From Corythoichthys intestinalis (lineage: Eukaryota): a DNA stretch of 64,000 nt. The stretch is taken from NCBI RefSeq assembly GCF_030265065.1, contig NC_080408.1:22727480-22791479 (forward strand), in the 5' to 3' direction. Shown here in pieces: positions 11,291 to 23,394 of the stretch (position 1 is its first letter; the number at the start of each line of letters is the position of its first letter). Under the pieces are notes generated by a model. It was given only the letters and a program-made list of their open reading frames with translations, did no database searches and had not been told where the DNA came from. The translations under genes and the position numbers were made by a program.

Positions 11291-13027
11291 CATGTTGGCA
11301 ATGCAGCAGTGTCTGTCATTTGCATCTAGTTCTATAATATGATATCTACCGTGTCATGTGGGCGTAGTTTGTCGGCTATGGCTGCAGTCAGGTATTATTG
11401 GAGCCACCTAGCATCGCGGTTGCAACGGCGTCTTCCCCACTCCTGCTCAGCTCTCGTCCCCGTGAGTCTGTTTCTCTCAGACTTTTTTTTATTCAACCAA
11501 CTTAGTAACGCATAGTAACGCACGCCTTTCCCGCCTCAGTAACGGTAACGGCGTTGCCAAGATGAGAAAAGTAATTAATTAGATTACTCATTACTGAAAA
11601 AAATAACGCCGTTAGTAACGCCGTTATATTGTAACGCCGTTATGAACAACACTGGGTACCAAGAGGTTCCCACTCCTAATCGGAACCAAACAAATTAATC
11701 TTCGTCTCATCAGACCATAGGACATGGTTCCAGTAATCCATGTGCTTTGTTGACATGTCTTCAGCAAACTGTTTGCGGGCTTTCTAGTGCACCGTCTTCA
11801 GAAGAGGCTTCCTCCTGGGGTGACAGCCATGCACACCAATTTGATGGAGAGTATGGCGTATGGTCTGAGCACTAACAGGCTGACCCCCACCTCTTCAATC
11901 TCTGCAGCTATGCTGACAGCACTCCTGTAATGAGTCACATGACATTTTGGAGGGAAGATGACAAGCAGTACTCAATTTGGACATTTAGGGATGTATTTAG
12001 TTTCTATAGGGTGTACTCACTTTTGTTGCCAGGGGTTTAGATATTAATGGCTGTATTTTGAGGGTAAAATAAATTAACTCTATTATATAAGCTGCCCACA
12101 GACTACTTTTCATTGTGTCAAAGTGTAATTTTGTCAGTGCTGTCCCATGAAAAGATATACTTAAATATCTTCAGAAATGCGAGGGGTGTACTCACTTTTG
12201 TGATACACTGTATTTGCTTTACAACTTTTATAGACAACATTTTACCGGCAAAGTCTTAATTTTAAATTCATATATTGGAAAGGCAATTATATGCAATGGC
12301 ATTTTCAGCCACCTGAATACGGTTGGTCGTCAGTCAAAATCGCGCTCATCAAGGCGAAAGCGAGACCTCATTTCCCTCAAGTCATTGCCAGCAGTCACGG
12401 TCTGCCTCAACAGTTCCGTCATTTGGCGCCAGATGACATCCACCTTTCTCCATCCTTCCTCGGACTGAACCGTCTTCTCACGGGATAAGTCACAATCCGA
12501 GCTTTCACCCGGTCCTCCAAAGCCTTGAATTGCACTGTTTGATCCGTGGACAATTTGTCAATTTCCTTGAAAGCTGCCGTCTTGGAAACTTTCCCGTACA
12601 GCAGGGCACCTCCCAAGCAAAAAACCCACGACCGTCATGTCAAACAGCCAAGTATCCTCGATAACTTCTACGGATAGGACAGTGAGCCAGGCGGGCTTGC
12701 AGTGTTCCCATCATTCACTCACTGAGCCTGCCACATAGGTCCCATCCAGGCAGGAGGGCTCTCCTGGGGCGTCGTGTCTTGTTAAAAAAATCTTGTCAAT
12801 AGCGCTGACGGACCAACTAATCAAATCCATATTTTCAAGTCGATACTCAGCAGCAGCTGGTCCACAGAGGAAAAATACAAAAAAAGTTGACAAGATAGAC
12901 TACAAGATAGCAGAGCGCAGAAGAGGAGGTGAAACACGTCCGCCCCCGACGAAGGCAGGAATAAGAAAGGCTTAATCCTCAAGTTACCGGGGGTCTAATT
13001 AGTTGGTGGAGTTAACAAATTCTGTTC

Positions 13028-13029
<2 letters not shown>

Positions 13030-13058
<29 letters not shown>

Positions 13059-13158
13059 CCCAGAGGTTGCGGGTTCGATTCTCCGTCTTGATGATCTCGT
13101 CTAAGAATCCTTAAGAAAGATACTGAACCCCATGTTGCCCCTGGTGCTGCAGTAGGTA
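13030..13158 (+). mobile_element. tRNA-derived SINE, 5' part (split by a Tc1 insertion; 3' part at 14756..14870)
   Basis: B-box-like ggttgcgggttcgattc. The 3' part carries gtgtgaagcgcttcgagggtcttaaaaagg, resembling teleost SINE tails. Tc1 at 13159..14755 is flanked by a TA duplication. Confidence 0.5.
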
Positions 13159-14755
13159 CAGTGGGGCAAATAAGTATTTAGTCAACCACCAATTGTGCAA
13201 GTTCTCCTACTTGAGAAGATTAGAGAGGCTTGTAATTGTCAACATGGGTAAACCTCAACCATGAGAGACAGAATGTGGGAAAAAAACCGAAAAATCACAT
13301 TGTTTGATTTTTAAATAACTTATTTACAAATTAGAGTGAAAAATAAGTATTTGGTCACCTACAAAGAAGCAAGATTTCTGGCTGTCAAAGAGGTCTAACT
13401 TCTTCTAACGAGGGTTCACTCGTTACCTGTATTAATGGCACCTGTTTTAACTCATTATTAGTATAAAAGACACCTGTCCACAACCTCAATCAGTCACACT
13501 CCAAACTTCACTATGGCCAAGACCAAAGAGCTGTCGAAGGACACTAGAGACAAAATTGTAGACCTGCACCAGGCTGGGAAGAGTGAATCTGCAATAGGTA
13601 AAACACTTGGTGTAAAGAAATCAACTGTGGGAGCAATTATTAGAAAATGGAAGACATACAAGACCACTGATAATCTCCCTCGATCTGGGGCTCCATGCAA
13701 GATCTCACCCCGTGGCGTCAAAATGATAACAAGGATGGTGAGCAAAAATCCCAGAACCACACGGGGGGACCTAGTGAATGACCTATAGAGAGCTGGGACC
13801 ACAGTAACAAAGGTTACTATCAGTAACACAATGCGTCGCCATGGACTCAAATCCTGCACTGCCAGACATTTCCCTCTGCTGAAGCCAGTACACGTCCAGG
13901 CCTGTCTGCGGTTCGCTAGACAGCATTTGGATGATCCAGAAGAGGACTGGGAGAATGTGTTATGGTCAGATAAAACCAAAATAGAAATTTTGGTAGATAC
14001 ACAGGTTGTCGTGTTTGGAGGAGAAAGAATACTGAATTGCATCCGAAGAACACCATACCCACTGTGAAGCATGTGGGTGGAAACATGCTTTGGGGCTGTT
14101 TTTCTGCAAAGCGACCAGGACGACTGATCTGTGTAAAGGAAAGACTGAATGGGGCCATGTATCGAGAGATTTTGAGTGAAAATCTCCTTCCATTACCAAG
14201 GGCATTGAAGATGAGACGTGGCTGGGTCTTTCAGCATGACAATGATCCCAAACACACAGCAGGGGCAACAAAGGAGTGGCTTCGTAAGAAGCATTTCAAG
14301 GTCCTGGAGTGGCCTAGCCAGTCTCCAGATCTCAACCCCATAGAAAATCTGTGGAGGGAGTTGAAAGTCCGCTTTGCCCAACGACAGCCCCAAAACATCA
14401 CTGCTCTAGAGGAGATCTGCATGGAGGAATGGGCCAAAATATCAGCAACTGTGTGTGAAAAGCTTGTGAAGAGTTGCATAAAACGTTTAGCCTCCGCTAT
14501 TGCCAACAAAGGGTACATAACAAAGTATTGAGATGAACTTTTGGTATAGACCAAATACTTATTTTTATCACCATGATTTGCTAATAAATTCTTTAAAAAT
14601 CAAACAATGTGATTTTCTGTTTTTTTTTTTTTCACATTCTGTCTCTCATAGTTGAGGTTTACCCATGTTGACAATTACAGGGCTCTCTAATATTTTCAAG
14701 TGGTAGAATTTGCACAATTAGTGGTTGACTAATACTGTACTTATTTGCCCCACTG
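13159..14755 (+). mobile_element. Tc1-like transposon (family 3), full length, about 1.6 kb
   Basis: TIRs cagtggggcaaataagtatttagtcaaccac and its rc, with TA TSD. Transposase frame 13513..14531 has stops and frameshifts (..RGDLVNDL*). Confidence 0.85.
13513..14531 (+). pseudogene. Tc1 transposase pseudogene (family 3)
   Basis: [47 protein letters not shown]... to ...[14 protein letters not shown], interrupted by a stop and a frameshift. Confidence 0.8.
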
Positions 14756-14957
14756 TAGATGAGGATATAGTGTGATGGTGTGAAGCGCTTCGAGGGTCTT
14801 AAAAAGGCGGAAAGGCGCAAAACAAGTGTACCAAAACTCAATTTACCATTACCATTTGACCAATCAGAGGACGGGGTGAATACTAATGCATGAGACAGAG
14901 GCACGGCTGCATCTGAGCAGAAATAACCCAGTTTTAAATGATTTTTTTGGGTATTTT

Positions 14958-14988
<31 letters not shown>

Positions 14989-15039
14989 GGCCAATACCAA
15001 TATATACGTCAAAAGAATGGTAGCGGTGCAACTCTAGTA

Positions 15040-15204
15040 TTTACAAGTCACGTCCTGTTCATTTTGGGTCATTCCTGCGTTACTTCCTGTCCATTTTGGG
15101 TCACTTCTTAATGATTTTGGGCCATTTGCAGCTCACTTCCTGTTAGTTTTGGGCATTTCTTCCTGATAACTTCTTGATGTTGACATACCACATCATTTGC
15201 TCAG
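15040..15204. repeat. short tandem/interspersed repeat (cattttgggtca(c/t)ttcct units) abutting the exon 2 acceptor
   Basis: Units at 15055, 15095 and 15140. Related copies at 56700-56830 and 57900-57950. Confidence 0.4.
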
Positions 15205-15285
15205 GTGCTGCAGAAGCTGGGAAAAGCCGACGAAACCAAAGATGAACAGTTTGAACAAGTTGTCATCAACTTCAGGAGGCAAGAG
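15205..15285 (+). CDS. amph: amph exon 2 ([27 protein letters not shown])
   Basis: Acceptor ..ttgctcAG|gtgctg and donor GTAAAC. Phase 0. Near-identical to human AMPH residues 24-50. Confidence 0.9.
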
Positions 15286-15382
15286 GTAAACCCCAATCTG
15301 AGACTTTAAAACTTTGGCACTTGTCTCAAGTCTGTCTGTTCTAACTGTTGTAAATAATAACAAGCGTTTTTTTCCTATGCAG

Positions 15383-15437
15383 TCTGAAGGTTCGCGCCTG
15401 CAGAGGGAGATGAAGGCCTACATGGCTGCTATTAAAG
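15383..15437 (+). CDS. amph: amph exon 3 (SEGSRLQREMKAYMAAIK+g)
   Basis: Acceptor ttcctatgcAG| and donor aaag|GTGATG. Ends in phase 1 (the split Gly codon is completed by exon 4). Confidence 0.85.
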
Positions 15438-15533
15438 GTGATGTGCACCATTTGTACAATTCACGGACTGGGATGATTCGATACGTAACGCCAGCGCGCT
15501 TTTACCCATGGTTGCTACATGGGTGTAATGTAA

Positions 15534-18500
15534 GGGTGTAACGGTACACGTATTTGTATTGAACCGTTTCGGTACAGGGTGCTCGGTTCTGAACGGAGGC
15601 GTACCGAACGAGTTTCTGACGTAATGTAATAACCAACATGGCCCCGTGTTCAATACAAAACCCTCCTACCACAACAAAACAAGTAGGAACTAATATTCAC
15701 ATTGGAACTAAAGTTATACAATATAAAATAGACAATTGAAGGGAAAAGGTACCGTTCTCGCACACACCATATAATTGTTTGCATTAGTATAACACATTCA
15801 TTTAACTATAGTTTAGGCCGACTCCACTCAGTGGCCTTGAACACAGTAAAGTAAATCACCTTATCGGCGCTCATGAGGGGGAAAAGGAAAAATGGTACCG
15901 TTTCTCGTAGGCACCGTCTAACTGTTTGCATTACTCGAACACACGTAATATAATCAATCAGGGAATAGTATCATTTCTCATATTCACTGTAGGACTGCAC
16001 TACTCTAACACACCTAATGTAAAATAAATAGCACACCATGGTTTAAAGAAACAGAATAGATACACAACGCCATCTTATCACAGAAGCCTAAAACGTGTGC
16101 GCCACGAGCAAGATTGACGCACCAAACTCTGGCAATCAGTCCTCCCGACAAATGAACAAGGACAAAGACCAGCGCGCTTTGTCCTAAAACAGGTAGTGCC
16201 AGCCCGGATAACAAAAGTTGATAGCAGGCGCTTGTGACGTCAAGACCAGCATCGGTCGCTGTGGCAACCACATCCCATCCACGCACGAACCTAAGCAACC
16301 TGAAACCGGCCAGAGAGGGATGATCCCAAAGCAACGCCTGGACACACCTTTGGCCGGCCCACGGTCTTAAAAAACACTGGATACTGAGATAAGACAGATT
16401 TTGCTGCTCGGAAACATGTAGCCTTGTTTTGGATCCAAAATTGTCCCTCCGTCGTCTGTTTTTGCCTTGTTTTTGACCATTGTCGACGAATAAATTGTCA
16501 ACCTGCTTTCGGCGAGTCTTTTTCAAACTTTTGGAACATGGAGTCAGTACAAAGGGTTAATATCAGAGATGAACGCGCGAAGTTCTGCCTTCCCGGTTGG
16601 CGCGCGCGGAGGCAGCATCGGCAGAGCGGCACTTTGTTCAGCTGTCGCTGTTTCCGTGCGGCTTGTCTGGGGAGGCGAATTTCAACACAATATAAATAAA
16701 TACTACATCACTTTTGTAAAATATAAACACAAAATAAATAATAGCCCATTTAAATACAATAAGTTGAAACGAGCTAAAACACCTGTAATTAAATAATAAG
16801 AATAATACACAGATCCTGCTTACACAATTAAATTATTATTCATTTCTGTGTGGCACTTTAACTTGAGAAAATCCCCCAATAAAGCTTTTGAAAATCGTTC
16901 ATAAGAAAAAACAAAAAGATTCATTGAGGCATTTCATTTGTAAAATACATGTTAAAATCTTTGTCACTGGGATTGCTTTTCTCTTTAGCACAGGACTTCT
17001 TTTTTCTTCTTTCTTTCAGAAAGAAAGCTGAACAATACGCGGAGTCTGAAAGGCAAATTGTTGTTGGATCTTGAAATACGCGCTACTTTTTGAGCAGAAT
17101 TCTAGCTTTGTATAAGCTAATGTTCCTATTGTTGAAAGGCAGGGGTGAAAGTGGGCCAGAACGGTCAGGAACGCAGTTCCGGTAAAAGATTCAGGCCCGG
17201 AATGCTGTACTAGTAAACGGTGTTTGATACCAAAAATATGACGGCAACTGTCAAAACGTTATGTAAAAAAATATATATATATTTGCTGAGCTGCCACACA
17301 TGCATTTCATTTCCAAGAAGAAAACAATCTACCAACATCAGATTTACATACACAAGTGTTAACAGCAAGCATAACAAAGTGCTTGTGTAGCGTAATCCGT
17401 TTCCACCAATATTTATTATTTATTTTAGTCCACGGACGGCATGGAGGTTTCCCCAGCTGCTGCAGTTATCGGAGTCTGACGATGATGAGTCACGTCAATG
17501 TGTGAATACCCGCAGCAAAGCAAAATGCCTGGACTCATTTATCCGTTCAATTGACTGACACACTGAAATGTGATCAGCAGAGATAGTTAGCTGTGATTGG
17601 TTCAAATGTGCATGTTTTCTGGAACAGCAAAAAAAAAAAAGGTTGTTGAATTGACGCGACAAAAAAAGGGCAATGCAACATAAAATGGATCAAATCTTTA
17701 AAAGCAAGGAAAGAGTTGAGGAGGTTTATTCATCATATTTAGTTTTATTTGCTCTGATGGGGGGGATTGGAACATCTTAGCTGTCAATGTGCACTTTGGA
17801 CTCATATTTGTTCACTTAGGGTTGTTCCGATCATGTTTTTTTGCTCCCGATCCGATCCCTGATTGTTTTAGTTTGAGTATCTGCCGATCCCGATATTTCC
17901 CGATCCGATTGCTTTTTTTTTTTTTGCTCCCGATTCAATTCCAATCATTCCCGATAATTTTCCCAATCATATACATTTTGGCAATGCATTAAGAAAAAAA
18001 TGAATAAAACTCGGACGATTATATACATTCAACATACAGTACATAAATACTGTATTTGTTTATTATGACAATAAATCCTAAAGATGGCATTTACATTATT
18101 AACATTCTTTCTGTGAGAGGGATCCACAGATAGAGAGACTTGTAATTCTTAAAGGATAAATGTGACTTTGTATATTGTGACTAAATATTGCCATCTGGTG
18201 TATTTGTTGAGCTTTCAGTAAATGATACTGTAGCCATTTAACTTCTGCCCAAATGCATGATGGGAAGTGCAACCATGACTGTGAATTGATATAGCTTCTC
18301 TGCATTGGGAAATAACATAGGGTATTAAGAAAAAAATCAACTACTGCCTTTCTTCCCCACATTGCTTCCCACGATTATTCTAATCGTTGGGAGAGGGATT
18401 GTAAGGCTTTAGCCATTTAAAAAAAGGTTCCAAAGGCTGCCAAAATTCACTCATTTTATGCTGCCTTTTAGCTTTATATACTGTATGGGTAAAATGGCAC

Positions 18501-19509
18501 CATTATAGATTGAATGCGACAATGCGTGAGTGGGTCGTGCAGCGCATGTGTTAATTGCGTTAAATATTGTAATGTGATAATGTAAAAAATATTAATTCTC
18601 GCCTTTAACGCGATAAATTTGATAACCCTACATTAAGCTTAAACTAAAGACTCTGAAAGAGTGCAACACATTATGTCTGTAACGTTAAATACAATTAGAA
18701 AACGATTTAATTAAAAAAATATATACATACTGTATTAAAAAAAGGCATGTCCGATATTTTTTTGCTGATTCCGATACTTTGAAAATGACATGATCGGACA
18801 TCCGATCGATCGGGATGCCGATCGTTCGGGACATCTCTAGTTAGGCTACTTACTAATTTCCTTATGATTGAGAAAAATCAATGTTTGCGCCCTCTTAAAA
18901 ATATATTCCATTCAACTCTGCATAATATTAGTCATTTGTACTTATTTTTCTGAATGTATTTTACTTATATCTTAATTATTTTTTAAAAAATGTTTACATT
19001 AACTTCAATTTTAATATACAGTACATCCTATGTTCTTAAGTAGTTAAAATTGAGATTTGGCATTTAGTATGTGAGGAAATGAGAAAATAAAAATTAGGAG
19101 ATGGAGGTTATGATTATTGCTGTTTTTGTTAACTTTTATTTTGCAAATAATTGAAAAAATATTGAATGAAAATCAGTTTTAGTTTTTAGTTTATATATGT
19201 GTTATAGAAATAATTGCTAAAACAGTTTTCTTTGCATTTCATTAGTTTAAGAGGTTTGAACCCCCCCTCTTCCCCCAAAAAATGAAAGAAAAAAAAATAA
19301 AATAACATTTCTGGCTCCGTGGCGACCTTTACATAGGGGAGTTCCGGCAATAAATTCTAGCCACTTTCACCCCTGAAAAAGGTGTGTAATTAACAACTAG
19401 CACATTTATATTTTGCATTTTGTTTTCTTACTGTACCAAAAATGAACCAAACTGTGACCTCAAAACCGAGGTACGTACCGAACCGAGATTTTTGTGTACC
19501 GTTACACCC
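15534..19509. mobile_element. about 4-kb TIR-bounded composite DNA element filling intron 3
   Basis: 16-bp TIR GGGTGTAACGGTACAC (15534) and GTGTACCGTTACACCC (19494-19509). GTGTAATGT is duplicated within 3 nt of both ends (15523-15531 and 19513-19521). Internal nested MITE fragments. Related end fragment at 57800-57900. Confidence 0.6.
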
Positions 19510-19582
19510 CTAGTGTAATGTTTTCAAATTTTCATGATAGTCATCGTTAACAAAAACAACACTTTTTGCTGTCCGTGTGTAG

Positions 19583-19677
19583 GAATGCAACAGGCCTCTA
19601 TCAACCTGACGCAGTCCCTACACGAGGTCTACGAACCCGACTGGCACGGAAAAGATGACGTCTTGACTATCGGCAAG
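19583..19677 (+). CDS. amph: amph exon 4 (G-MQQASINLTQSLHEVYEPDWHGKDDVLTIGK)
   Basis: Acceptor gtgtgtAG|ga and donor aag|GTACGC. Matches the human MQEASMKLTESLHEVYEPDW stretch. Confidence 0.85.
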
Positions 19678-19914
19678 GTACGCCTTTTGGTGTGTTGCCA
19701 TCGCTGCAGCGAGGGCGCGCATACACGAAGAAATGTGATAAATAGTCTCCAATTTCAGGACTACGGACATTTTAGATAAATTTTTTGGGGGTCAAAAACA
19801 TGAAGTCTGTGCACATGATTTACTTTCGCGGGCCACACAAAATGATGCGGTGGCCTGGATTTGGCCCTGGAGCCACCAGTTTGACACCCAGTATATTTGG
19901 ACAGCGCTGTTCCA

Positions 19915-20080
19915 ATTTAACTCATTCACTGCCATTGACGGCGGTAGACGTCCAATCCAATTTTATTCGAGATAAAGTCATGTAAAAAGCTTTTAAAATA
20001 GTTTTCAATGAGTTTAACTCACTGACAGTGATAGATGGCCAATCCATTTGAAGTTGGAGGGTTGGCAGTGAATGAACATG
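19915..20080. mobile_element. palindromic MITE family M2 copy
   Basis: ..cattgacggcggtagacgtccaatcc.. and ..atggccaatccatttgaagttggaggg.. Confidence 0.55.
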
Positions 20081-21587
20081 CGTTTATTGGCTTTGCATGT
20101 GTTGCCATTTTCAATGGCGTACCGCAAGCAACACGTCACTTCCGCTCATTAATATTCATGACATTAGCTACTGTTGCTAAGTAGGGACAAGCCACTGTTG
20201 TCCCTAATAGGAAAAGAATGGAAATCGTGTACGAAGGAGATGTTTACAGAGCTAAACCTACCAATTCTCTCTGAAAATGATGTGCCTGGTGCCAAATTCA
20301 CTGGCAAAGATGTGGAAGAACATAAAAATGTTCAGTTAAAGAGATGGCTTCAGTGTCGAAGGCTGAAAAAGATGAAAAAAATGAGCCGACCTAAGCATAG
20401 CCTTAGCTTTTTTATCGACACGACTGACAATGACATTCTCCTGTTTCAACAAGCTATCCTTTACCATCAGCCCTGTCTTTCTTATGTATCCTCTGGTTGT
20501 CCTACGTCTCTGACCGTTCTTGAGGGTAATTTAGTTAGCTTTGTGTAGCGATCGCAAATGCTACTCAGTGACAGCCAACGAACACTTTAAATTTTTTCAT
20601 TGATAACAAATCTTAATTCTATAATTTATTTACACTTCCCCCTTACTAAAGTTGTTTTACAGAAACGGTAACAGTGGCAGTCAGATACCATTGTAATTCT
20701 TTTCAGGTCATTCATTGACAGACAGAAGCAGTACGGCTCAACGTTACGCTAAAAAAATAAGTTAAAAATATAAAAATGGCTTACCTTTTTGTCCTCTGAA
20801 AGACCATGCCAACCCAACAAAATGTTTACTGCATATGAAATGTGAACGGATTCACCGAGCTGGTGTTAAAGTCCGCGCAAGTTGATTTGGTCTTCACATT
20901 TTTTCCTCCCGGGTTTTTGGTTTCCGGAAACGTATGAAGAAAACATCCTTCATGTGTCGTAATGTCTAGAGTCGTTTCTACAAGTTCCAAAAAAGCAATG
21001 TGTGATCGGCATGTTTGTTTTTGAAAGATTACCGGCGAAATGTAGCACAAATTACGTTGTTTCTATGCGAGGGCGGGTCTATAATGTCCTACTTCGGCTT
21101 TACTTCCGCTTTACGATGCGACGTCACGGTCTAAAAATAGCATGCGTGCGGTACGCCATTGTCTAGCATGCATTACTCACGGACGATTGGCATGGAGAGC
21201 CAATTTGCTAACTCTTAAGTGGAGATACTGATTGATTGTGATTTTTTTTTTTGAGTTTTTGCATGTTTTTTATTTTATTTTATTTTATTTTTTTATTTGC
21301 ATCCCTTCACATTTTTTGGGTTTTTCATGTGTTCTTGATTTGCGTTTTTAAAATTTATTACAATGTTTGTATTTTTTCATCAGCTTTTTAAAAAAAAAAA
21401 AAATCGCTGTTTTTGGATATTTCGTGGTTTATCTATTTGGTCACGGTTTTTTGCATTAAAAAAAGTAATGTTTTTTTTTTCACTTTCTAATTATATCAGA
21501 ACTATCACAGCTGGCATTCAATTGCCACTCCCAGTCCATATGGACTGGATGCCTAGCATCGTCAATAGCAGCTAATGAGTTAATAGT

Positions 21588-22772
21588 AGGGCTGTCAAAC
21601 AATTAAGATTTTTAATCGAGTTAATCACAGCTTAAAAATTAATTAATCGTAATTAATCGCAATTCAAACTATCTATAAAATATGCCTTTTTTTTTTTGTA
21701 AATTATTTTTGGAATGGAAAGATAAGACGGATATATACATTCAACATACCATACATAAGTACTGTATTTGTTTATTATAACAATAAATCAACAAGATGGC
21801 ATCAACATTAACATTCTGTTAAAGCGATCCATGGATAGAAAGATAAATGTTAGTACAAGTTATAGAACTTTTATCTTAAAAGCCCTCTTAAAGTTTTTGT
21901 TTTAATTAAATTTGGAAAATTTTCAAGCAAAAAATAAACTAGTAGCTCGCCATTGTTGATGTCAATAATTACACAATGCTCATGATGCTGAAACCCATAA
22001 AATCAGTTGCACCCAAGTGCCAGCAGAGGGCGACAAAACACCAAAAAACACAAGTAACAAGTGGACATGACCCTGTGCTGTCATTTTAATCTGTTTGAGC
22101 GGGGCATGTGCGGTAAATGTGCCAAATATTTTAACGAGGGCTGTCAAACGATTAAAATTTTTATTCGAGTTAATCACAGCTTAAAAATTAATTATTCATA
22201 ATTAATCGCAATTCAAACCATCTATAAAATATGCCATATTTTTCTGTAAATTATTGTTGGAATGGAATGATAAGACACAAGACGGATATACACATTCAAC
22301 ATACTGTAAATAAGAACTGTATTTGTTTATTATAAAAATAAATCAACAAGATGGCATTAACATTATTAACATTCTGTTAAAGCAATCCATGGATAGAAAG
22401 ACTTGTAGTTCTTCAAAGATAAATTTTAGTACAAGTTATAGAAAATTTTATATTAAAACCCCTCTTAATGTTTTCGTTTCAAATAAAATTTGTAAAATGT
22501 TCAATCAAAAAATAAACTAGTAGCTCGCCATTGTTGATGTCAATAATTACACAATGCTCATGGTGCTGAAACCCATAAAATCAGTCGCACCCAAGCGCCA
22601 GCAGAGGGCGACAAAACACCGAAAAACACAAGTAACAAGTGGACATGACACTGTGCTGTCATTTTAATCTGTTTGAGCGGGGCATGTGCGTTAAATGCGT
22701 CAAATATTTTAACGTGATTAATTATAAAAATTTATTACCGCCCATTAACGTGATAATTTTGACAGCTCTAGT
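21588..22772 (+). mobile_element. MITE family M1 head-to-tail dimer (21588..22136 and 22137..22772) sharing one 8-bp TSD
   Basis: TTAATAGT(A) occurs at both outer flanks only. The second unit is a complete 636-bp copy with both TIRs. Confidence 0.65.
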
Positions 22773-22864
22773 TAATAGTAACATTATAATATAAACTAAC
22801 GTAAAAACACGATTGATCCAATAAATGTCTTCCTTAATAGAATAAGTGTGTTTTTTTCTCGTAG

Positions 22865-22960
22865 GACTGTGATGCACTGTGGGAAAATTTCCACAACAAG
22901 CTGGTGGACTCGACACTGCTGAATCTGGACGGATACTTGCTCCAGTTTCCTGACCTGAAG
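22865..22960 (+). CDS. amph: amph exon 5 (DCDALWENFHNKLVDSTLLNLDGYLLQFPDLK)
   Basis: Acceptor tttctcgtAG| and donor aag|GTGATG. 32 codons, phase 0. BAR domain homology. Confidence 0.85.
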
Positions 22961-23015
22961 GTGATGGACTTTCAGTTTTCGGTTCGCGTAACGACTGACG
23001 CTGTCACGTTTTCAG

Positions 23016-23123
23016 ACTCGTGTGGCCAAAAGAAGCCGAAAACTCATCGACTACGACAGCGCACGTCATCATGTAGAAACGCTGCAGATGTCCGGCATGA
23101 AAAATGACCGCAAAATGCTGAAG
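23016..23123 (+). CDS. amph: amph exon 6 ([36 protein letters not shown])
   Basis: Acceptor cacgttttcAG| and donor aag|GTCATC. Matches human [23 protein letters not shown]. Confidence 0.85.
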
Positions 23124-23192
23124 GTCATCCGTCCAACCGTGCTTGGACCGTTGTAGGTGATAAAGTAGCGTCTAACGGTGCTCCGTTCGCAG

Positions 23193-23278
23193 GCCGACGA
23201 GGAGCTGAGAAAGGCCCAGAGAGTGTTCGACGAGCTCAACGTTGGTTTGCAAGATGAACTTCCGACTCTCTGGGACAG
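23193..23278 (+). CDS. amph: amph exon 7 ([28 protein letters not shown]+ag)
   Basis: Acceptor ccgttcgcAG| and donor gacag|GTGTGT. Ends in phase 2. Matches human [28 protein letters not shown]. Confidence 0.85.
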
Positions 23279-23394
23279 GTGTGTGTCCTCTCATCTAATA
23301 CCTATGTCACATTTTTTGTGCTTATTTTTATTTATTTTTAAAAATTTTAACATTGTTGTTGGCATTGACATTGAAAGATGAGCATTTACAGCTA

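Larger units (their letters stand above)
8913..12210 (-). mobile_element. Tc1-like transposon (family 2), degraded, about 230-bp TIRs, multiple nested insertions
   Basis: TIRs cagtgtatcacaaaagtgagtacaccc (8913) and its rc (12210) with TA TSD. Transposase remnant on the - strand (..[11 protein letters not shown].. at about 9230). Confidence 0.7.

Noticed and set aside
12419-12616. 65-codon ORF on the - strand (..LYGKVSKTAAFKEIDKLSTDQTVQFKALEDRVKARIV..)
   Set aside because: Could not be matched to any family from memory. It lies immediately beside the Tc1/R2 junction and is too short to call.
16014-16526. 170-codon ORF on the - strand inside the 4-kb intron 3 element
   Set aside because: No recognisable domain or motif. 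The composition looks non-coding (R/L-rich run-through).
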